Shown: in pieces, positions 37,543-44,132 of the stretch | Numbering within the stretch: position 1 is the stretch's first letter | Layout of the letters: every line of letters begins with the position of its first letter | IMG/VR virus record: IMGVR_UViG_3300029318_000016 | Span: 1 to 44,132 of that record | Reading direction: 5' to 3' (one strand) | DNA: 44,132 bases | Source: a virus | Lineage: Duplodnaviria > Caudoviricetes | The notes under the pieces: model-generated | Databases searched by the model: none | What the model was told of the DNA's origin: nothing | The model's input: the letters and a program-made list of their open reading frames with translations, nothing else | Made by a program: the position numbers and the translations under genes

Positions 37543-39471
37543 TTACTCTCTGATTAAACTTCCGTTAGAATAACTTGATGTGTAGAAATCTCTACTAAAG
37601 ACAGTGCCAGATATTTCATCTCCGGATGAAATAACATCTTTAATCATATTTATTTCAGTTTTAGAAAGATCAAAATTCAAATAAAGATCCCTTAGTCCAA
37701 CCACGTCATTAGATTCTGGGAAAGTTTGTATTTCTATAACATTATTTGGTTTGACAGTTGATACTATATTTACAGTTCCAAGATTTATTTCACCTTTTAC
37801 ATAATCGACTGTTCCGGCAGATTTGGCAATAACCCTTACAGATCCATCTGGTAAGTTTTTGACAATAGATACAATTCCTGTTTTTTTGTCTGCATTTGGA
37901 ATATCAGTCAAATAAACAATATCACTCTCTCCATCAACTCTAAATCCTGTAGATTTTATATTCTTACCTTCTTCTGATACATGAAATTGATTTCCAAAAC
38001 ATAATTCATATTGTGCAAATTGATTTAGTAATGCAAACAGATTTCTTCTTATCTTCACTCTTGTAATATTTGATGTAATTGACGTATCAGTACTATCAAT
38101 TGTTCTGAGAACTTTACTATATCTAAATCTACCACCAAATTTATTCAGATCTGTAGATTTTGAATAAGTTGTAAGAGAATTTAATATCTTTGTTTTTAAA
38201 TTATCCGGTGTTGTTACCATAGAATCATTATAATAAACAAATGAATCTAATTCGATATATAATAGTTTTAAATCTACAATTTTTTGATTAATTCCAGAAA
38301 TTGAATATTGTTTTAACTGCGATAAAATTCTTGTTTTATTAAAATCAGACACCAAGAAATTATTTTTTGGTTTAATTGAAATTTGCACAGTTCCAAATTC
38401 TGGAGGATCCAATTCTTCTCCACCAACAACAGATACAGATTCTGTATCGGGATATATTGTTTTTATAATAGATTCATAATCTCTTCCAGTAACTGCTCTA
38501 TTCTGTGCCGAATATATTCTTGGAGCAAAATATTTAATAGAATCTACAGATTCTATATCTCCACCATTACTAGATTTTTGTGTTGTTGTAATTGAAAATG
38601 GTTCTGGAATAATAGTGTTTCCGTTACTGTCAACTACTTTTCCGGAGAATGAAAATCTTGTAGCATCATTCCCCTCTTTTCCATCTGTAACAAGATAGTC
38701 TACTGTAACAATTTCACCACTTTCTAATTTTCTTCCTATTAATCCATCACCAAATAACAATTCATATTTTTCATCTTGTATTTCTTGAAGTAAAAATACA
38801 TAGGATGATCCAGTAACATTTGTAATATTGTCAATTAACTTATATTCTAAACCTAATCCAGAATCACCTTCTTTCTTTACATACACTCTTATGGTAGATG
38901 TGTCTATGAAAGAATTATTGAGTATAAATTTTTGATCCAATGAAGAATCTACTACAAATTGTTTGGTAAGGAATGTTCCTTGTAATATCTCAACATTATC
39001 AAAAGTAGAGGTTCTCCTGTTTACAGGTGTTCCATCAATATTATAATCAGTTACACTTGTGGATCTTTGTATATCCTCTAATATTGAAAATGTGTAAGAA
39101 CTATCACTAGAACTTCCCACACATACCAATCCTTTTTTTAATACAAAAGTGGGAGATTCAGTTTGATTAACCTCTACTGTAAAACTCACAGATGCCTTTG
39201 CAGCAGTCCTAGAGCGGGGAACATACCCAATGTTCCTTGCAAGGGATACAACGTTCTCACGGAGGGTTGCAGAGTCCAAGAAGGACTCATTTACAACCAT
39301 GTTTGAATTAAATGCAGTTATATACGTGTTATATGCAAGAGTATCAATTAACACTGAAAAGTTGGAACCTTCAAAATCAAATCCAGAAAAATCAGAATTT
39401 GCGCGAAGATAACTTTTAATTGACTCTTTTATCTGATCGAAATCAAGATCTGTAAATTTTGTAAAAGGCAT
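37543..39471 (-). CDS. gp6: Baseplate wedge subunit gp6
   Basis: LDFDQIK, DFEGSNFSVLIDTLAYNT, ESFLDSATLRENVVSLAR, FGDG, AQNRAVT..DY. Confidence 0.97.
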   Translation of the reverse strand: MPFTKFTDLDFDQIKESIKSYLRANSDFSGFDFEGSNFSVLIDTLAYNTYITAFNSNMVVNESFLDSATLRENVVSLARNIGYVPRSRTAAKASVSFTVEVNQTESPTFVLKKGLVCVGSSSDSSYTFSILEDIQRSTSVTDYNIDGTPVNRRTSTFDNVEILQGTFLTKQFVVDSSLDQKFILNNSFIDTSTIRVYVKKEGDSGLGLEYKLIDNITNVTGSSYVFLLQEIQDEKYELLFGDGLIGRKLESGEIVTVDYLVTDGKEGNDATRFSFSGKVVDSNGNTIIPEPFSITTTQKSSNGGDIESVDSIKYFAPRIYSAQNRAVTGRDYESIIKTIYPDTESVSVVGGEELDPPEFGTVQISIKPKNNFLVSDFNKTRILSQLKQYSISGINQKIVDLKLLYIELDSFVYYNDSMVTTPDNLKTKILNSLTTYSKSTDLNKFGGRFRYSKVLRTIDSTDTSITSNITRVKIRRNLFALLNQFAQYELCFGNQFHVSEEGKNIKSTGFRVDGESDIVYLTDIPNADKKTGIVSIVKNLPDGSVRVIAKSAGTVDYVKGEINLGTVNIVSTVKPNNVIEIQTFPESNDVVGLRDLYLNFDLSKTEINMIKDVISSGDEISGTVFSRDFYTSSYSNGSLIRE

Positions 39472-39472
39472 A

Positions 39473-39874
39473 TTACCTGGTTGCCTCTAATAGGAATGAA
39501 TATTCTTGTGTTGGAAACTCTTGTCCAATTATGTCAAAAACAACAGAGACTTCAAATTGATTAATGTCTGGATATGGTCTGACTGACACTTCCAAATTAT
39601 CAACTCTTGGTTCGAAATTTTGTATGGAAATTATAATTTGATCTTGAATTACTGATGCAGTACCAAAATCAACAAATTCAAATAAACTTCCCCTTATATC
39701 AGTTCCGAACAATGAGTTAAAAAACTTTTCGGTAGGTATCGTTTGAACAATATTTCTCACAGCCCTACGAATTGCTGCCTCATTTTTGAGAACAGGTAGG
39801 TCTTTTGTAATGGGATGTGGATTAAAGGACAAACTAATGTCCTTAAATGCTCTAGATATCCTCCGAATTGCCAT
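39473..39874 (-). CDS. gp25: Baseplate wedge subunit gp25
   Basis: FKDISLSF..HPIT.D, AIRRAVRNIV.T...EK.F, NFEPRV. Confidence 0.95.
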   Translation of the reverse strand: MAIRRISRAFKDISLSFNPHPITKDLPVLKNEAAIRRAVRNIVQTIPTEKFFNSLFGTDIRGSLFEFVDFGTASVIQDQIIISIQNFEPRVDNLEVSVRPYPDINQFEVSVVFDIIGQEFPTQEYSFLLEATR

Positions 39875-39896
39875 TTTGACTAGAGTTTTCTGACTT

Positions 39897-39904
39897 TATT
39901 TATA
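39897..39904 (-). promoter_or_regulatory. Late promoter TATAAATA heading the baseplate genes
   Basis: Exact consensus 23 nt upstream of the gp25 ATG. Confidence 0.85.
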
Positions 39905-39906
39905 CC

Positions 39907-40095
39907 CTATTCCTTAAGATGTTTCTTTTCACCCTCTAAATCATCATGCATTATCTCTTGAAGTACTTTTTCTCCCTTCTTTTGGTTATCTTGATGCATT
40001 TTATCTAGTGTTGAACCATAATCTGTAGTCAAACTTGTTGTTCCCCATACTTCTCTCATATAATTTTTGTCTCTATCAACCGGTGAATTTCCCAT
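39907..40095 (-). CDS. Hypothetical protein (62 aa)
   Basis: GGAG Shine-Dalgarno; possible AATAAATA late box at 40120-40127. Confidence 0.7.
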   Translation of the reverse strand: MGNSPVDRDKNYMREVWGTTSLTTDYGSTLDKMHQDNQKKGEKVLQEIMHDDLEGEKKHLKE

Positions 40096-40105
40096 TTTGT
40101 CTCCA

Positions 40106-40582
40106 TTATTTACATTTATTATTTATTTCTTGTTTTATAATATTATAATCTTCTTCAAGAACTTCTTTTAGATAATTTTCATCATAATTATCATAATAAT
40201 TTGTTTTTGCAAGTTTTTTTCTTGCTTCTAAAAGGTCTTTTCTTGGTTGAGCAAGAACTAAATTATATTTTCCGTTATTTGACTGGACACTATTAATAAA
40301 AGTGCCTTCATTTTTGGCATCAGAAAGAAATTTATAGTCCAAATATTGTAAATTGTAGTTATCCACTGCATTATAGAGAAAATCACTATCATGATGATCT
40401 TCTACAATGTAAATTACAACATCATAATCGGGAATTGGAACAATTTTATCCAAATTCCTCTCTAAAATTAGAAAATTAGCAGTAGAGGCAAAGGGACATA
40501 GTGAAAAATTCCCTAATTCTGGTCTAATTTTAGATAAATTGCGGATCCATTTCCGAACATGCTTAATTTTCTTGTCTCTCAT
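40106..40582 (-). CDS. Hypothetical protein with W...LCPFA motif (DUF1415-like)
   Basis: Likely start ATG 40582 (MRDKKIKHVRKWI...); VRKWI...NFSLCPFA and L..Q....L..AR..L...YY resemble DUF1415-type proteins. Confidence 0.6.
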   Translation of the reverse strand: MRDKKIKHVRKWIRNLSKIRPELGNFSLCPFASTANFLILERNLDKIVPIPDYDVVIYIVEDHHDSDFLYNAVDNYNLQYLDYKFLSDAKNEGTFINSVQSNNGKYNLVLAQPRKDLLEARKKLAKTNYYDNYDENYLKEVLEEDYNIIKQEINNKCK

Positions 40583-41219
40583 CGGGTGTTGTCCAGAAAT
40601 AATCATCACAATCACCCAATCTACCCCAATTAACATCATTTTCAGTTTGAAAGATGCGAGTTGACACCTTAAAGTCAGGTGTTTTGACCGGATCAGGGGT
40701 CATAGAGGTATCATAGATGCGACATCTATTGTTTGGATATAAACAAAACTGTCCATTTCTTAATTCAATTAAATTAAATGACTTATGTTCATCGGGCAAT
40801 TCACTTGTCGATGCATCAATCTGGTCAAAATCCCCATGATAGTTGTCTAATGTACATATATAATTTCCTTTGATATTACCGAAGTGCCTTGTTCTTACTT
40901 CCCATTCCATTGGAGCAACAAATTGCTTTAAGATTACAGTGAAATCATAATCCATACAATTCCAAAACTGAAGATTGACTAGATCCATATCAGGATCCGG
41001 TTTCTTTGGTTTTGATACAAATGCGGATATAGGCAGTTTATCAAACATAGCACCATATTCGGGTAGATAAGTTTCAAAGTAGAAGGCACGACCCTGAATA
41101 GACTTAGCAGATACCCATATACCTTCAACAAATTCTCCGTGACCATCCTTAAAATCACGAAGATATTCTTTTCTAACCCATACCTTTTTAGTTGGTAGGT
41201 TTGCAATTAATTTTGCCAT
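40563..41219 (-). CDS. Conserved hypothetical phage protein (218 aa)
   Basis: ANLP...VWVRKEYL, LPISAF, QFWNC, TLD, EHKSFN, GQFCLYPNNR motifs, recalled from marine T4-like phages; function unknown. Confidence 0.8.
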   Translation of the reverse strand: MAKLIANLPTKKVWVRKEYLRDFKDGHGEFVEGIWVSAKSIQGRAFYFETYLPEYGAMFDKLPISAFVSKPKKPDPDMDLVNLQFWNCMDYDFTVILKQFVAPMEWEVRTRHFGNIKGNYICTLDNYHGDFDQIDASTSELPDEHKSFNLIELRNGQFCLYPNNRCRIYDTSMTPDPVKTPDFKVSTRIFQTENDVNWGRLGDCDDYFWTTPDERQEN

Positions 41220-41653
41220 TCTTTAAAAAATTCTGATACTTCATAACCATCTAATTCTGATTTGTAATCAGAATCTTCTCCCAGATAAAAATATTCATAT
41301 CCAAGTTTCTTATATATTGCACATTCATTCTTAATAGATTTCTTACCAATATACAGTTTGGGGTTCTCATAATCCCAGGCAAACTGATCGGCATAGACGG
41401 AGTTAAGACTATCAAAACGATAAACTAAAGAAAATGCTACAAGTTTATCAGCATCATAATATCCGACAATATCACAATTCTTTTGTTCGAATTCTTCTCT
41501 AAAGATTGGTATCACACTATCAAAGTCTTTGTATTCACAATACTTGCGGTAAATCTCAAAACACTCATCATAAAAAGAACTATCAAGAAGTTTGTAATTA
41601 GAAACCTCCTGATAGTTTGTGTCTTTTAGTCTAATGCGACAATACATATACAA
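41207..41653 (-). CDS. Minimal ATE/Bpt-like aminoacyl-tRNA transferase (GNAT-like, ATE_C-like)
   Basis: CRIRL; ECFEIYRKY; YYDADKLVAFS; SVY; IG..SI..E; GYEYFYLG; DYK. Motif order follows the ATE1/Bpt C-terminal domain. Confidence 0.65.
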   Translation of the reverse strand: MYMYCRIRLKDTNYQEVSNYKLLDSSFYDECFEIYRKYCEYKDFDSVIPIFREEFEQKNCDIVGYYDADKLVAFSLVYRFDSLNSVYADQFAWDYENPKLYIGKKSIKNECAIYKKLGYEYFYLGEDSDYKSELDGYEVSEFFKEWQN

Positions 41654-41673
41654 ATATTGACTACACGTATATA

Positions 41674-41823
41674 TTAACGTCCTTGTCCACGATATACTTT
41701 TTTCTTTCCATTACGAGAAGTTGCTGCGTACTTCGTGTGCTTACCCGAGCCCTGCCGAGTTTTCTTCGGATTTCCGGGCATAAATCCGTCTTTGTAAATA
41801 CCAGTCTTTGAACGTACTGCCAT
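41674..41823 (-). CDS. 49-aa highly basic protein ending YRGQGR (not in ORF track)
   Basis: Hand translation MAVRSKTGIYKDGFMPGNPKKTRQGSGKHTKYAATSRNGKKKVYRGQGR*; strong AAGGAG Shine-Dalgarno. Confidence 0.85.
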   Translation of the reverse strand: MAVRSKTGIYKDGFMPGNPKKTRQGSGKHTKYAATSRNGKKKVYRGQGR

Positions 41824-41831
41824 GATGCTCC

Positions 41832-41993
41832 TTAAATTTCAATGATTTTTGTTTCTAGATCTTGTGATCTTGGAAAACCTTTCTGATAGAAGTCCATCGA
41901 AAGGTCCTCCATGGTATCAAAGTATTCGTCCTGCGTCAAGTTTTCATACAGAACTTCTCCTTTGTGGAGAATTGTATACCTTGTCTGACTCAT
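41832..41993 (-). CDS. 53-aa acidic hypothetical protein (not in ORF track)
   Basis: MSQTRYTILHKGEVLYENLTQDEYFDTMEDLSMDFYQKGFPRSQDLETKIIEI*; TGATG coupling to the glycosyltransferase. Confidence 0.8.
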   Translation of the reverse strand: MSQTRYTILHKGEVLYENLTQDEYFDTMEDLSMDFYQKGFPRSQDLETKIIEI

Positions 41994-42751
41994 CAGATAA
42001 CTCTTGTCTTCTCGTGACCGACTCTAATACGAGGATCGCACCAGATTTCAAAACCTGCTTCGATAGCATCGAGACAGAATGATACATCTTCTCCACACAT
42101 ATCCTGAACCTCTCCAGATTCAAAGACCTGCATCTTTGGTGCAAACCATGGATACTTCATATCAGAGTGCTCAAAGACTCCATACTTAATCAGTAACCAT
42201 CCGAAACCTGCATAATCTACGGTAAATGGTTTGCGACGCTTTGAGATACTCTCTCCGGTCTCATGATTCATCACACCACCATTATTACGGAAGTCATCTT
42301 CTTCCATCCAGTGTGCAACACTTGTTGTTTTGCCGTCTTCCGTCATGTACCATCCACTGGCAATGTCTTGATCCATCAGAACTAATTGCCAGAACTTTTC
42401 GGTATTAAAAACAATATCACTATCAATCCATAATTGATAATCATAATGCAACTTGCCGTCCCATGGAATCTGATCCGGTCCTCGCAGCACATTCGCACCA
42501 AGGCACTTGCATCTTGCAAAGTTCACCATTGATGAATAATCTTGCGAGATTTGAATGCTTGCTCCTGCCTGCACCAAATCAAAACAAAGTTGCACAAAAT
42601 TTTTGAGGTATGTATAAGAAACTCCTCTACCAGGCAAACAAAAGACAATGGTCTTGCCTTTCACCAGTTCTTTTGCCTTTTCATAGTCCCATTCTTGAGT
42701 GTTCTCGGTCGGTTTGGGTGTCTTTGCTTTAACAGTAAATCCTTTAGCCAT
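41993..42751 (-). CDS. GT-A fold (GT2-like) glycosyltransferase
   Basis: VNFARC, LWIDSDIVF (DxD), GFGWLLIK, GEDVSFC, IWCDPRIRVGHEK. Confidence 0.8.
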   Translation of the reverse strand: MAKGFTVKAKTPKPTENTQEWDYEKAKELVKGKTIVFCLPGRGVSYTYLKNFVQLCFDLVQAGASIQISQDYSSMVNFARCKCLGANVLRGPDQIPWDGKLHYDYQLWIDSDIVFNTEKFWQLVLMDQDIASGWYMTEDGKTTSVAHWMEEDDFRNNGGVMNHETGESISKRRKPFTVDYAGFGWLLIKYGVFEHSDMKYPWFAPKMQVFESGEVQDMCGEDVSFCLDAIEAGFEIWCDPRIRVGHEKTRVI

Positions 42752-42773
42752 AACTGTAAGTAACTACATCAAT

Positions 42774-42802
42774 ATCATAACACTCTATCTATGCTCCGTC
42801 AA
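42774..42802 (-). promoter_or_regulatory. Host sigma70-type promoter with extended -10
   Basis: Minus strand TTGACG-17 nt-TATGAT with TGn before the -10; 23 nt upstream of the glycosyltransferase ATG. Confidence 0.75.
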
Positions 42803-42965
42803 GGTCTCTGATTATAATACAATCATTCTCTACCTCGATGTTTACCTCTGTTCCCTCATACCACCCTTTCTCATCACAGATCCACTCAGGAATCGTCAAC
42901 AAGTGCTCACCGGTTACTGGGTCGATCTCTATGGTCGTAAAATTTTCTGCGGGATTTTTTTGCAT
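42789..42965 (-). CDS. 58-aa AbrB/MazE/SpoVT-like swapped-hairpin protein (not in ORF track)
   Basis: MQKNPAENFTTIEIDPVTGEHLLTIPEWICDEKGWYEGTEVNIEVENDCIIIRDLDGA*; the LTIP...GW.EG.EV.I.V....III pattern fits the AbrB fold. Confidence 0.7.
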   Translation of the reverse strand: MQKNPAENFTTIEIDPVTGEHLLTIPEWICDEKGWYEGTEVNIEVENDCIIIRDLDGA

Positions 42966-43105
42966 ATCTTTGAATCCTGTGCCTTGTTTTTATATATGAA
43001 AAATTTTTTTTATTAGAGAGAAATAGCGAAGTCGATCTGGGTCGTTTATAGCTTAAAGGGACCCGTCGATTTTATATACGGGGGGGCACGGCGGCACGGA
43101 CGCAA

Positions 43106-43124
43106 GGGGGGCACCGACCCCCCC
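43106..43124 (-). terminator. GC hairpin downstream of the 146-aa ORF, possible terminator
   Basis: GGGGGG-caccga-CCCCCCC on the plus strand; only TT follows on the minus strand, so the U-tract is weak. Confidence 0.4.
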
Positions 43125-43149
43125 ACTGCTGATTCACGAACGAATGCTG

Positions 43150-43590
43150 TCAGACGGCAGGAGGATCAAATCGACCGGGGCACTTGCTATCCAGAATTTG
43201 CCAGTATCCAACGTGTGCCCCTAGCATCCCTTCGGAAGGGTAGGCAGTATCCAGACGGATGATGCGGCGAACGGTCAATTCAACGGCATCATCGCTATGG
43301 GTGCTGAAGACCCGTCGAAATTCTTTCAGGATGGTGGCACGGTCGTCGCAGGCATCAGCAGGACGGACGTGCTGAAGATACAGATCAGTGATCAGGTCCA
43401 ACTCTGCAGAGGTCCAGGTCAGACCACCGGCATTGGTGCGGGACTTCACGAAAATGCTGTTGTCGCGACGATTGAAAATTTTATAAATTTTTGAGGTGGT
43501 CTTGTATGTCTCCCCCTTCCTGATGCTATAGGTGCGACGGGTCACGGGGTCCAACAGTGAACGGGTCTGAGTTGCGGTGACGGATGCCAT
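43150..43590 (-). CDS. Hypothetical protein, probably early (likely start ATG 43590, 146 aa)
   Basis: Open frame in visibly GC-richer sequence; a TATGAT -10 box at 43615-43620 abuts the upstream ATG at 43614, which favours the downstream start. Confidence 0.65.
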   Translation of the reverse strand: MASVTATQTRSLLDPVTRRTYSIRKGETYKTTSKIYKIFNRRDNSIFVKSRTNAGGLTWTSAELDLITDLYLQHVRPADACDDRATILKEFRRVFSTHSDDAVELTVRRIIRLDTAYPSEGMLGAHVGYWQILDSKCPGRFDPPAV

Positions 43591-43614
43591 GGGTGAGGTC
43601 GTTTGTTCTTTCAT

Positions 43615-43680
43615 ATCATACAGGATCAGGGGGACTTATGGACCCCCTTAACGATAAGGGTCCCTGATCAGTCCCATAAG
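43615..43680 (-). promoter_or_regulatory. Putative early promoter (-10 TATGAT) next to interlocking inverted repeats
   Basis: TATGAT at 43615-43620; non-consensus GTCCAT 17 nt upstream; several 6-8 bp inverted repeats in 43624-43680. Confidence 0.45.
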
Positions 43681-43687
43681 ATTATTT

Positions 43688-44132
43688 TTATACATTTTGG
43701 AACTTAGAGTTATTGAAGTTAGCATAACTGAATCTCTCACGATTGACCAGTTTGATTGTACCCAACTCATTAGAGTAGACATATCCTTCTGCACTGATTT
43801 CATCCTGTCCAATGAACGCACGGGGTCCATTATTCCGGCAAAGGAATAGTGCATCATCTTTGATAGACTTAACTAATGCCCAGAATCCTAGGAGCATAGG
43901 ATCACAATCGAACTCAGAGTTAACAACAGGACGACCCTCACGAATGCAGGCATTAAGTTGCTTTTTAATTTCCTTTGCTTTCTTATCACTTAGGAACGTC
44001 ACAGTTTGTGCCATCTGCTTTGCAAACTGAATGGGTTCAGATACATCAGCAAATGACCCGGCACAGGTGTCATAATTACCGGTGAAGATTCTTGCCGTTG
44101 GTTTCACGAACTTACAGTAAACTGTGTCGGTG
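43688..44132 (-). CDS. C-terminal part of a DUF6267-like protein with ligase/nucleotidyltransferase-like motifs (5' truncated)
   Basis: Frame stays open to the window edge (TDTVYCKFVKP...); EGYV and KLVNRERFSYANF near the C-terminus. Confidence 0.6.
   Translation of the reverse strand, partial: TDTVYCKFVKPTARIFTGNYDTCAGSFADVSEPIQFAKQMAQTVTFLSDKKAKEIKKQLNACIREGRPVVNSEFDCDPMLLGFWALVKSIKDDALFLCRNNGPRAFIGQDEISAEGYVYSNELGTIKLVNRERFSYANFNNSKFQNV

Noticed and set aside
40583-40639. Longer N-terminus for the CPFA protein
   Set aside because: It would overlap the 218-aa gene by 77 nt with implausible sequence; the ATG at 40582 is more parsimonious.
43610-43680. Hammerhead or canonical HDV ribozyme call
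   Set aside because: CTGATCA does not match CUGANGA with a correctly placed GAAA, and the HDV catalytic core consensus is missing. Kept only as an unclassified structure.
67-43857. Short alternative-frame minus ORFs (67-264, 5354-5545, 7510-7743, 17484-17687, 26870-27058, 40979-41206, 41944-42144, 43648-43857)
   Set aside because: They are nested in or largely overlap conserved genes in another frame and lack motifs. 41944-42144 also conflicts with the coupled 53-aa ORF.
366-44030. All plus-strand ORFs in the track (60-128 aa)
   Set aside because: They lie antisense to well-supported minus-strand genes and read as codon-mirror shadows, with no recognisable motifs.
1-44132. tRNA, rRNA, CRISPR arrays, transposases, diversity-generating retroelement, recoded stop codons
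   Set aside because: None recognised by eye. Intergenic gaps are short, no reverse transcriptase is present, and genes translate full-length in the standard code. tRNAscan/Rfam were not run.

Overview
This window is the virion-morphogenesis region of a T4-like marine myovirus, most likely a cyanophage of the S-SM2/P-SSM2 type. All credible genes are on the minus strand. In transcription order (right to left): the end of a GC-richer, probably early region (truncated ligase-motif gene, structured intergenic element, ~146-aa ORF); a hairpin-rich compositional boundary; an AbrB-like mini-gene; and a sigma70-promoter cluster (GT-A glycosyltransferase, two unlisted micro-ORFs, a minimal ATE/Bpt-like aminoacyl-tRNA transferase, a conserved 218-aa protein, a CPFA-motif protein). 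Then come the late genes under TATAAATA-type promoters: gp25, gp6, giant gp7 (4114 aa), gp8, a VrlC/DUF4815-like 2489-aa protein, fibre-like genes, gp13, enlarged gp14, gp15, gp16, a 522-aa modular Cys-pair protein, gp17, a Zn-finger ORF, gp18 with an insertion, gp19, gp20, two small head genes, gp21 and the start of gp22. The best novelty candidates are the ATE/Bpt-like transferase cluster and the 522-aa protein, which looks like a gp21-cleavable polyprotein of basic Cys-pair peptides. All family calls come from motif recognition and synteny; no searches were run.
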